64,000 bases of DNA from an archaeon (GTDB taxonomy: Archaea; SpSt-1190; DYHY01): the NCBI GenBank assembly GCA_043803745.1, contig JAZDJS010000002.1, positions 16,581-80,580 of the forward strand, in the 5' to 3' direction. Shown piece after piece: positions 40,061 to 48,676 of this stretch (within the stretch, counting starts at the first letter, position 1; each line of letters opens with the position of its first letter). Both the position numbers and the translations under genes were made by a program. The notes below the pieces were generated by a model that ran no database searches, was not told the DNA's origin, and worked only from the letters and a program-made list of their open reading frames with translations.

Positions 40061-41140
40061 TTGTCAGTTCTTTTGATTGACTTGCTGGTTCTCGCAATCT
40101 CCCTTACCGCCCTTGCCCTCTTCAGCGAATGGGTTGTCAGGAGCGGGATACGGATTTCCAGGCTCCTGAAGATAAGCGAACTGACAATAGGATTCATCCT
40201 GATTTCGGTGCTTACGAGCCTTCCGGAACTTCTCGTTTCAATGACATCCGCCGCAGGAGGGACCTTCGCCCTCTCAGTCGGAAACGTTTTCGGGGCGAAC
40301 GTCGTCGACATCGCGCTTGTGCTCGGGCTCTCATTCTACATTTACCCGAAAAAATTCAGGAACAAGAGAGCCGTGAAGAAGCTTTCGACAGCGCTCCTGC
40401 TTTCGTCCGGGATCACAATCATCTTTCTCCTGTTCGGCTCGGTCGGGCGGCTTGCCGGAATCTTCCTGGTAGCCTCGTTCTTCTTTTTCTGCTATTATCT
40501 TTTCCGGGAAAAGCTGAACATCCACGAAACCGAATCCATCTATTCTCAGGGGAAAACGACGATCGCATCGAAAATTTCCCGCCTTCACTTCGAGGAAAAG
40601 GTGTTTTTTTCAGGAGGGCATCTCGGCTCGAAGGAAAGGGCGACCGCGATTTCCTTCCTTAACCTCCTAATCGGGATGGTCCTGGTTGTTTTTTCAGCAG
40701 GGTTCGTTGTGAAGGCGGCAACCTCAATTGCGGCAGGTTCGGGGATTTCCGAGTCAATACTCGGGGCGCTTGTAATCGCCCTTGGAACAACCCTTCCAGA
40801 GCTCTCAATAGGGCTTGCTGCGTTCCGGAAAGGGCACATCGGGCTTGCCCTCGGAGATTCCCTCGGAAGCACGGTAACCAACCTGACTCTCGTGCTTGGA
40901 AGCGGGCTCCTTATTTCGAGCGCTTCCCTCAACCTGACTTTCTTCTCAACCCTTGCGCTTTTCTCCCTTCTGACGAACATCGCGTTCTGGCACATAATAA
41001 CGACGAAGGATGAGCTTGGCAAGTCCGAGGGCAAGTTCCTTCTTGCGATCTATTCTGCATTCGTCCTTTTCCTCCTTGCAAGCCAGCTATATCTCCTGAA
41101 GGAGGAGCTTTTTTCCTTCGTTCTGGGGGCGTTCGGTTAG
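40061..41140 (+). CDS. Ca2+/Na+ antiporter (YrbG family), paralog of 16340..17416
   Basis: TSLPEL, GNVFGAN, GTTLPEL, GDSLGS. Confidence 0.92.
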   Translation: MSVLLIDLLVLAISLTALALFSEWVVRSGIRISRLLKISELTIGFILISVLTSLPELLVSMTSAAGGTFALSVGNVFGANVVDIALVLGLSFYIYPKKFRNKRAVKKLSTALLLSSGITIIFLLFGSVGRLAGIFLVASFFFFCYYLFREKLNIHETESIYSQGKTTIASKISRLHFEEKVFFSGGHLGSKERATAISFLNLLIGMVLVVFSAGFVVKAATSIAAGSGISESILGALVIALGTTLPELSIGLAAFRKGHIGLALGDSLGSTVTNLTLVLGSGLLISSASLNLTFFSTLALFSLLTNIAFWHIITTKDELGKSEGKFLLAIYSAFVLFLLASQLYLLKEELFSFVLGAFG

Positions 41141-41144
41141 GCGG

Positions 41145-41537
41145 ATGGAAATACTCTCATTCAACACGACCGAAGAGGAGCAGGCAGTCGACATAACCCC
41201 CGTACTGCGGAAAATAGTCGAGAAATCGAAGGTCGTGGAAGGGACTCTCCTCGTTTACTGCCCCCACACAACGGCAGCGGTTGTCGTGAACGAGGGAACT
41301 GACGAGACGTTCGTTGCGGACCTTTTCCTCGCCCTTGAGAAGTTTGCCTCCGGGAAATGGAGCCACCAGTCGAATCCAAAGGCGCACCTGAAGGCGGCGA
41401 TGATCGGAAACTCGAAGCTGCTGCCAATTTCACAAGGCAAGCTTTTCCTCGGGGCATGGGAATCAGTTTTCCTCCTGGAGTTCGACGGCCCAAGGGAGCG
41501 GAAGATTTTCGCAAGGGCGGCCAGGCAAGAGGTTTGA
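41145..41537 (+). CDS. yjbQ: YjbQ (UPF0047) family protein
   Basis: PHTTAAVVVNE, AHLKA, EFDGPRER. Confidence 0.9.
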   Translation: MEILSFNTTEEEQAVDITPVLRKIVEKSKVVEGTLLVYCPHTTAAVVVNEGTDETFVADLFLALEKFASGKWSHQSNPKAHLKAAMIGNSKLLPISQGKLFLGAWESVFLLEFDGPRERKIFARAARQEV

Positions 41538-41539
41538 AG

Positions 41540-42172
41540 ATGGGAAAGCTGAACCCGGCTAACGCAATAACAATTGCACGGGTTGCCGGCGTCTATCTGG
41601 CCGTACTGCTCATTTATTTCGGCAAGTCCTACGTGAGCGGTTTCGCCGCGGTTTTCCTGATACTTCTCAATTTCCTGCTCGATTCCGCCGACGGTTACGT
41701 TTCAAGGAAGCTCAAGGTTGCGACGCGCGCCGGCGCATTCCTCGACATTCTTGCGGACAGGATTGTAGAGCTTACCCTGTTCGTTGTCTTTTCGGATTTG
41801 GGGCTTGTCCCGCTTTGGGTGCCCCTGGTCCTCCTCGCAAGGGGGCTTGTGACCGATTCAATCAGAGGCGCGGAGTTTTCACGCGGGGGCAAGGTCCCCT
41901 ACAAGATAGGGTATTCCAAACTGGGCAAGTTCCTTGTTTCCTCAAGATTGATGCGCGAACTTTCCGGGATATCGAAGGCGGCGGCATTCACCCTTCTCGC
42001 CCTTCTTTGCACTGCAGCGAAATATTTTCCGGATTCCGATTTCCTCGCAAGGGGACTCCTTTCGCCTCTCACAAACCTTTCAGTTCTTGCTGCGGTTGCA
42101 GTGAACATTCTCAGGGGCCTTCCAGTAATCCTCGAATCAGGAAAGCTTTTTCTTTCTTCCCCCAAGTCCTGA
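41540..42172 (+). CDS. CDP-alcohol phosphatidyltransferase (PgsA-like)
   Basis: ANAITIAR, DSADGYVSR..GAFLDILAD. Confidence 0.9.
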   Translation: MGKLNPANAITIARVAGVYLAVLLIYFGKSYVSGFAAVFLILLNFLLDSADGYVSRKLKVATRAGAFLDILADRIVELTLFVVFSDLGLVPLWVPLVLLARGLVTDSIRGAEFSRGGKVPYKIGYSKLGKFLVSSRLMRELSGISKAAAFTLLALLCTAAKYFPDSDFLARGLLSPLTNLSVLAAVAVNILRGLPVILESGKLFLSSPKS

Positions 42173-42637
42173 ATATTTCCCGACAAGTATTCTTTCTCTT
42201 ATTCCGGAGACGTAAGCGCCCCAAAGGTCAACCCCGGGCTTGTCGCCAACCATAATGGTTTTCTCAGGGCTTGCTCCGGCGTCCGCCATCAATCTGGCAA
42301 AGCCCTCCCTGTTCGGCTTGTTGCCGGTTTCCCCGACGAGAACCGGAAGCCGCCCGAGCATTTTCCGGAGCGCTTCGCGTCTTTTCCTCCCGCAGTTGGA
42401 AAGTATTGCCAGCTTGAATCCAAGCTTCAGGAGGGCCCTGAGAAGCGCCAGGGTTTCCTTCGGAAGCTTTCCGTGGTTCTTGGAAAGTGTTTCATCAGCA
42501 TCGAAAATCACCAATTTCTTTCCGCTCCGCGCAAGCTTCCGGTAGTCAATCCCGAATACCGAATCCGCCCTTCCGGTGCAGATTGAATCTCCCTTTCCGG
42601 AAACAAGGAATCTTGCATATTCTATCAGGTCGATCAT
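42137..42637 (-). CDS. YqeG/Gep4-family HAD-IIIA phosphatase
   Basis: FDADETL, LSN, KP, MVGDKPGVDLWGA. Confidence 0.8.
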   Translation of the reverse strand: MIDLIEYARFLVSGKGDSICTGRADSVFGIDYRKLARSGKKLVIFDADETLSKNHGKLPKETLALLRALLKLGFKLAILSNCGRKRREALRKMLGRLPVLVGETGNKPNREGFARLMADAGASPEKTIMVGDKPGVDLWGAYVSGIRERILVGKYSGLGGRKKKLS

Positions 42638-42639
42638 TT

Positions 42640-43443
42640 TCAGTCCCCCAGAGCGCCGATTAGCTCAAGCATCTGCCTTTGAATTTCTTTGTTGTTCGTT
42701 GCAAGGAGGTTCGGTTTGTCAATCGTCCAATCCCTTCCGGAAAAATCAGTCACGCGTCCGCCCGCTTCCCTCACAAGTGAAACCCCCGCAGCGACATCCC
42801 AGAGTCCGCCGAATCCGATTGTGAAGAAGCAGTCGTTCCTTCCGGAGGCAACCCAGGCAAGGTCGAGGGTTCCCGCCCCAAGCCGCCTGAAATCCCTTCC
42901 AGCAAGCTTCAGCTTTTCGTAAACCCCCGAAAGCTTTCCGATTTCCTCCTTCCCCTGCCGGTGGCAGTGGTTGATGAGGGTTTTTGAGAGAAGCCCGTTA
43001 CCTGAAACGGAAATCAGTTTTCCATTGAGGAAAGCGCCGTTTCCCCTGAGGGAGGAAAAAAGCTCTCCGGTTGCCGGGTTGAGCATCGCGCCTGCGACCG
43101 GCACCCGGTCCTTGAGAATTCCGATTGAGACGGAGAAGAACGGAATCTTGCAGGAGTAGTTGACAGTTCCGTCAAGCGGGTCCACCGCAAAGCAGAGGCC
43201 CTTCTCGGGGATTTCCGCGTCAGCCCGCGTTTCCTCCGAGAGGATCGGGATTCCCGTCTTCCTGAGGATCGGGAAAATTTCTTTCTCCGAAGCAAGGTCC
43301 GCCGTCGTTACGAGCTCGTAAGTTGACGCGCTCCCCTTCTCGCCAAGGATTTTTGCCTTTCGGTACTTGGAGAGCAGAACCTTGCCCGCCGCTTTCGCGG
43401 CTCGTATTGCGGAGGAATGCGCAGCTGCAAGGGAGGTTGCCAT
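42640..43443 (-). CDS. suhB: Inositol monophosphatase family (SuhB/FBPase)
   Basis: VTTAD, SEE, DPLDGTVNY, WDVAAG. Confidence 0.88.
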   Translation of the reverse strand: MATSLAAAHSSAIRAAKAAGKVLLSKYRKAKILGEKGSASTYELVTTADLASEKEIFPILRKTGIPILSEETRADAEIPEKGLCFAVDPLDGTVNYSCKIPFFSVSIGILKDRVPVAGAMLNPATGELFSSLRGNGAFLNGKLISVSGNGLLSKTLINHCHRQGKEEIGKLSGVYEKLKLAGRDFRRLGAGTLDLAWVASGRNDCFFTIGFGGLWDVAAGVSLVREAGGRVTDFSGRDWTIDKPNLLATNNKEIQRQMLELIGALGD

Positions 43444-43473
43444 TAAGGACAAGCCACCCCCCAACTTAAAAGA

Positions 43474-44343
43474 CTAATTGGGGCTGGCCGCGAATCCATT
43501 CTTCCCGTCAGTTGTCAGGACAACCGTCCCGTCAAGGTCAGTTCTCAGGACGTTGCTTCCGACAGCCTCCAGGCGCTTGATTGTTTCGTTCGCAGGATGA
43601 CCGTAGGGGTTCCTCAGGCCAACGGAAATTACCGAAAGCTCGGGCCTCGCAATTGAAACGAATTTCGCGCTCGTTGCATATTTGCTCCCGTGATGGGCGA
43701 CCTTGAGGACATCGACGTCCGGAACCGCCAGCTCAGTCTCGCAGGAACCCTCGCAATCCCCCGTCAGGAGCAGGCTGAAGCTTCCGTATTTTATCCAAAG
43801 GACAACGGAGTTCTCGTTCTTCTCCAAGCCGCCGGCGCCCTTCCCCGGGTTCAGGATGGAAATCTCGATTCCGGAGAAGTTGAAAAAATCCCCCCTTTTC
43901 GGATATGCAAGGTTCCCGCGGTTGGCTTGGGAAATGTAAGAGCGATAGCTTTCAGTGTCCTCCGCAATTCCGGAATCCCAGACGTTCGTGAAGTTGCATT
44001 CGCGCAGTACGCCCGTAAGCCCCCCGATGTGGTCCGAATCGGGATGGGTCGCGACGACAAGCTCAATTGAACGGTCCCCGGTCGAGTTCATTTCCAGGAA
44101 AATGGCTTCTTCGCTTCCGGCTTTTCCGCCGTCAACGAGAACCGAGAAGTTCCCCTTGTTCAGGAGGATTGCATCTCCCTGCCCGACCGAGATGAATCGG
44201 ACCGTCAGGTTCTCTCCACCCGGGACAGCCCGCAGTTCCTCCGCCGGAGCTGCGGGAGCGAGCCCCTTAACGGCGCATCCCGCAAGAAGAAGGGCGCCGG
44301 CAAGGACAGCCAAAACAAGCAGGGCAAGGGCGCGCCTCACCAT
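43474..44343 (-). CDS. ComEC/Rec2-like metallo-beta-lactamase-fold lipoprotein
   Basis: Lipobox LAGC; VGQGDA, THPDSDHIGG, TGD, HHGS, YGHP. Confidence 0.88.
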   Translation of the reverse strand: MVRRALALLVLAVLAGALLLAGCAVKGLAPAAPAEELRAVPGGENLTVRFISVGQGDAILLNKGNFSVLVDGGKAGSEEAIFLEMNSTGDRSIELVVATHPDSDHIGGLTGVLRECNFTNVWDSGIAEDTESYRSYISQANRGNLAYPKRGDFFNFSGIEISILNPGKGAGGLEKNENSVVLWIKYGSFSLLLTGDCEGSCETELAVPDVDVLKVAHHGSKYATSAKFVSIARPELSVISVGLRNPYGHPANETIKRLEAVGSNVLRTDLDGTVVLTTDGKNGFAASPN

Positions 44344-44400
44344 CCTCCCGAAAAGCCCGCCCCAACATATAAAAAACATGGGCTTTTCAATGTTCGCTGG

Positions 44401-47400
44401 ATGGCCCATCTCATTTCCCTTGCGATAAAGAGCTTCAAGTCGTTCGGAAGGCTGACGACGATGAACTTCTCCGAAAAGCTCACCGGAATTGTCGGGCCCA
44501 ACGGCAGCGGAAAAAGCAACATAATGGACGCGATATTCTTCGTAATCGGGAGCAGCCGCATAACCGCAATGCGCGCAAAGCGCGGCGGAGAGCTCATATT
44601 CAATTCCAAGACGATAAAGCCGGAATATGCGGAGGTCCGCCTTGTAATAAGCAATTCAGAGCGGGAGTTTGGCGAGGACTGGGGGGCTGCTCTGACGATT
44701 TCCAGGCGCGTCAGGGGCGACGGACTTTCAGCATACCGGGTCAACGGACGGAGGATGACGCGATTCCAGGTGGTCGACATCCTTGCAAAGGCGAAGGTTT
44801 TTCCGGACGGCCACAACATTGTCCAGCAAGGGGAGATCGCCGGGCTTGTCAAGAAGAACTCGGACGAGCGGCGGCAGATAATAGAGGAACTTGCGGGAAT
44901 CCGCGAGTATGACGAGAAGAAGCACAAGGCATTCCTTGAGCTCGCGGTCGTCGAGCAGAAAGTCAACGAAATAAACGGCCTTCTGCGCGAAAGGCAGCGG
45001 AACCTTGAGCGCCTGAAGAAGGAACGGGAGCAGGCTGCACGGTTCGGGAAGCTCCTTGAAGTCAGGAAGCTTTTCGAGGATTCGATTGTGAAGCGGCGCC
45101 TCGAGGAGCGCGAGGAAAGCAGGCAGAAGCTTCTTGGCGAGCGCGAGTCCGAGGAGAAGGGCCTTGCCTCCGTCGACGCCCAGCTTTCAGAATGCTCTGC
45201 GAAGGTTGATGGCGAGAAGAAGGAGCTTTCCGCGGTTGACCGGAAGCTTTCCCAGCTCCAGTCGGGGGAGAACCTGAAGATAGTGAAGGAGTCGGAACGC
45301 ATTTCAGGCTCGCTTCAGGCGAAAACCGCGCGCGCAGCCCAGATTGACGAGCAGGTCCTTTCCGGAAAGAAGCGGCGGGAGGCAATCCTCTCAAAGGAAA
45401 TCCCCGAACTGGAAGCCCAGCTTTCGAAAAGGCGCGCAAGGGTTGAGGAAATCCAAGGGGAGATTTCCCAGCTCGAGGCGGAGATTTCCGCGGCCGAGAA
45501 AAGCCGCCTGGAACTCCTTTCGGTTTTCTCACGGGAAAGCGAGGCGCAGAACCGGCACGAGGAGGCCCGGAAGGGCTTTGAGGATGTGCTTGCAAAGCTT
45601 TCCGCCGAAGAGCGCAAGGGGACTTTCGAACTCGAGCGGCTTGCGTCCCTTGCATCCCGCCTCGAGGAGGAGCGGGAATATTCCGAGAAGGGTCTTTCCG
45701 AGCTAAGGAGGAGAAACGCCGAAAGGGTTGCTGAAGCGGGGAAGCTCGAAAAGAAGCAGGCTGACGCAATCGCGCGCGCAAGGAAGCTTTCGCAGGAGCT
45801 TTCCGAAATCAAGGTTGCCCTTTCCGAAGCGACCGCCCTGCATTCGGAAAAGGTTTCGAAGGTTTCCCTAATTTCCGGGAAGCTTGGCGAGGTATCCTCT
45901 TCGGAGCGGGACCGCGTTCCGGACCTTGCCGCGAAATTTCCCGGTTTCCTCGGGAGGCTTTCCTCCTTCATCAAGCGGGGGACGACGCCGCAGAAAATTG
46001 GACTGCTTGGAACCTCCCTCCTTCCCAACTCAGTTGTCGTTTCTGACAGGAAGACCGCCCTCGAGATTGCCGAATATGTGAAGAGGGAAGGCGGTTTCGG
46101 ACGCCTGTCAATCCTGATTCTCGGGGAAGGCGCGCCCTCGACCCGGGAGGCTGAACAGCTTGAGAAGCTCGTCCCCTTCTCCGACAGGAGAATCTCAGCC
46201 GCCCTCTCGTCATTTGTTCTCCCGAAGGGGCGGAAAATCGTCCCGAGCCTCAGGGAGGCCCTCGAAGATGGCAACGCCCTGACAGAGGACGGGGAAATCG
46301 TCTCAGTCAACGGGCGGATTGTCGAGGTAGGGGAAATCGTCCTTCGGGAAACCATTGAGGCGGAGCTTTCATCGGAGCGGGAGCTCCTTGAGGCTGCCCA
46401 GGCCAGGAGGGACTCCATTGAAAAAAGGGCTCTCGAGCTTTCCTCGGAAATTGCCTCAATCGAGTCCGAGGGGGCGCGCATTTCCTCGGAAATAGCGAAG
46501 AGGTCCCCCGGGAAACTTGACCTTGCGGAGGAGAATCGCCTTTCCGAGAAAATAGAAGCTTCCGAGACTGAGCGGAACAAGGCCCTTTCCGAAAAGGAGC
46601 GGATTCTTTCGGAGCTCGCCCGGACAAGGGAACTGAGGGCTTTGGAGGAGAAGAAGCTCTCGGAAATAACGCCCCCGGCAAGAAAATCCGATTTCGATTT
46701 TTCCAGAATCAAGAAAAGCGAGGAGGCCCACGCCGCGCTCCGGAAAAGGCATTCGGAGGGTTCCCTTGACGTCTCCGAGAACAACCTCCGGATAAAGAAC
46801 TATCTCGTGCCCGAGATAGAGAGCCTGGGTCGCCTTGTGAAAAGCCTTGAGAAGGAGGAGGAAAAGCTTCTTTCCGAAAAGGAGAAACTCGGCAAGGAAA
46901 CCGCCGAATTGCGCACCCAGGCGGAGGAGTTCGACAAGCTGGTCCAGGAAAAGCTGAAGGATCTCAAAGACGAGGCTGCGCGCAAGGAGTCGATGGCCAA
47001 GGAGCTCGAGAAAGACGAGAGGAAGAAGTACGAGTTTCTTGCCCGGAAAAGCGCTGTTGAAAGCAAAATATCCCTGTTTTCAATAAGGATTGAGGGGGAG
47101 GACAAGGAGATAGCCGAGCTTTCCGTCCAGATTTCCGGAAGGCTCAAGTTCATTCCGGGAACTGTGAAAAAGCTTTCGGCAAAGCTGTCTGTGATTTCCG
47201 ATAGGATTGCGCGCCTCGGGGCGATAAACCAGCGCGCCCTTCTCGAGTTTGAGGAGGCCGAGGTGGAGTTCAAGGATGTTGAGGTGAAAAAGACGAAGCT
47301 CGAGGAGGAGCGCCAGTCAATACTCACGTTCATGGAAGCCGTTGAGACGAGAAAGAAGGAGGTTTTCATGGAGCACTACAATTCAATTGCCGAGAACTTT

Positions 47401-47859
47401 GCGAAAATCTACTCGCGCCTTTCCGGGGGAATGGGCGAGCTTTCCCTTGAGAACCCGGAATCGGTTTTCGAGGGCGGACTGATAATAGTTGCCAAGCCTC
47501 CGGGAAAGGAGGTTTCCAGGATAGACCTGCTCTCCGGAGGGGAGCAGACGATTGCCGCGCTTGCTTTCATTTTCTCGATTCAGGAGCACTCTCCGGCGCC
47601 CTTCTACATTTTCGACGAGGTCGACGCCGCCCTTGACAAGGAAAACTCGGAGAAGCTTGCTGCCCTGCTCTCGACATATTCCGCCAAATCCCAGATAATA
47701 GTGATAACCCACAACGATAACGTGATGAAGGACTGCGACCAGCTCGTCGGGGTTTACCTCAACAAACAGGAAGGCATTTCCAGGATAATCTCCCAGCCGA
47801 CCCCCGAGTTCCTGAAGAAGGTGAGCCGCGAGATACAGAGGGGACAGGCGCCCGAATAA
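44401..47859 (+). CDS. smc: Chromosome segregation protein SMC
   Basis: GPNGSGKSN, VQQG, coiled coils, hinge, LSGGE, FDEVDAALD. Confidence 0.95.
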   Translation: MAHLISLAIKSFKSFGRLTTMNFSEKLTGIVGPNGSGKSNIMDAIFFVIGSSRITAMRAKRGGELIFNSKTIKPEYAEVRLVISNSEREFGEDWGAALTISRRVRGDGLSAYRVNGRRMTRFQVVDILAKAKVFPDGHNIVQQGEIAGLVKKNSDERRQIIEELAGIREYDEKKHKAFLELAVVEQKVNEINGLLRERQRNLERLKKEREQAARFGKLLEVRKLFEDSIVKRRLEEREESRQKLLGERESEEKGLASVDAQLSECSAKVDGEKKELSAVDRKLSQLQSGENLKIVKESERISGSLQAKTARAAQIDEQVLSGKKRREAILSKEIPELEAQLSKRRARVEEIQGEISQLEAEISAAEKSRLELLSVFSRESEAQNRHEEARKGFEDVLAKLSAEERKGTFELERLASLASRLEEEREYSEKGLSELRRRNAERVAEAGKLEKKQADAIARARKLSQELSEIKVALSEATALHSEKVSKVSLISGKLGEVSSSERDRVPDLAAKFPGFLGRLSSFIKRGTTPQKIGLLGTSLLPNSVVVSDRKTALEIAEYVKREGGFGRLSILILGEGAPSTREAEQLEKLVPFSDRRISAALSSFVLPKGRKIVPSLREALEDGNALTEDGEIVSVNGRIVEVGEIVLRETIEAELSSERELLEAAQARRDSIEKRALELSSEIASIESEGARISSEIAKRSPGKLDLAEENRLSEKIEASETERNKALSEKERILSELARTRELRALEEKKLSEITPPARKSDFDFSRIKKSEEAHAALRKRHSEGSLDVSENNLRIKNYLVPEIESLGRLVKSLEKEEEKLLSEKEKLGKETAELRTQAEEFDKLVQEKLKDLKDEAARKESMAKELEKDERKKYEFLARKSAVESKISLFSIRIEGEDKEIAELSVQISGRLKFIPGTVKKLSAKLSVISDRIARLGAINQRALLEFEEAEVEFKDVEVKKTKLEEERQSILTFMEAVETRKKEVFMEHYNSIAENFAKIYSRLSGGMGELSLENPESVFEGGLIIVAKPPGKEVSRIDLLSGGEQTIAALAFIFSIQEHSPAPFYIFDEVDAALDKENSEKLAALLSTYSAKSQIIVITHNDNVMKDCDQLVGVYLNKQEGISRIISQPTPEFLKKVSREIQRGQAPE

Positions 47860-47934
47860 GTTTTCCCCGCCCCTGCTCCGGCGCGCCGCCAAAGCAAATC
47901 AGAAACAAATCGTGCGGATTTTTCCGCTCAAGGG

Positions 47935-48114
47935 TCAGGACTCGCTTTCCGGTTCCTCTTCCTCTTCAGGCTCGTCGTCCTCTTCCTCTTCAGGCGGTTC
48001 CCACTCTTCCCCTTTGTCATCATCATCAAGTTCGTCAGAGCCCCATTCGTCCTTTTCCCAGCTCTCGTCGCCGTCTTTCTTGGTTGTGTTCGTGCCTTCG
48101 CCTTTCGTCGCCAT
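47935..48114 (-). CDS. 59-aa highly acidic protein
   Basis: Manual translation MATKGEGTNTTKKDGDESWEKDEWGSDELDDDDKGEEWEPPEEEEDDEPEEEEEPESES*; TTAAAA box upstream. Confidence 0.6.
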   Translation of the reverse strand: MATKGEGTNTTKKDGDESWEKDEWGSDELDDDDKGEEWEPPEEEEDDEPEEEEEPESES

Positions 48115-48200
48115 TTTGTCGCTCTTTTCACCAGCCTGATTTTTCCACGCAGGAATAGCTTCCCTTTTAAGGGTTTCCCTGCAAACTGCCCGGAGGCTTT

Positions 48201-48250
48201 CAACGGGTTCTCCAACGGGTTCTCCAACGGGTTCCCCAACGGGTTCCCCC
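48201..48250. repeat. 12-bp tandem repeat x4
   Basis: CAACGGGTTC[T/C]C units. Confidence 0.85.
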
Positions 48251-48313
48251 GAAAGGACGCCCCGGATAAGACAAGCTTTTTATTCTCTTTCTGTGCGATA
48301 TTCCTGAACACGG

Positions 48314-48676
48314 ATGATACGCGTCGAAATAATACGGAAGGTCAATTTTTCGGGTCGAGTCGGGGAAGAGGAGCTCCTGAAGCTTGTTTTCGGCCTGAGG
48401 GAAATAGAGGTCGCGACCTTCCGGACGGTCATAGTTTCCAAGGGGACTGTCGATGTCGAGTCTGTTGCGCGGAGAATAGGGCGGGACAGGACGACTGCCC
48501 AGCGTTCCCTCTGTAATCTTGTTTCCGCCGGGCTGGTTTTGAGGACTGTGAAACCCCACAGGAGGCTTTACTACACGTATGAGGCGGTTTCCGAGGAAAA
48601 GATAAAGGAAGCGCTTCGGGAATACGTGCGGAAACTCCACAGGGAGCTTTCCCAAAGCGTCGAGGAGTCGTTCTGA
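48314..48676 (+). CDS. HTH transcriptional regulator (TrmB/ArsR-like)
   Basis: FGLREIE...VESVARRIGRDRTTAQRSLCNLVSAGLV. Confidence 0.8.
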   Translation: MIRVEIIRKVNFSGRVGEEELLKLVFGLREIEVATFRTVIVSKGTVDVESVARRIGRDRTTAQRSLCNLVSAGLVLRTVKPHRRLYYTYEAVSEEKIKEALREYVRKLHRELSQSVEESF

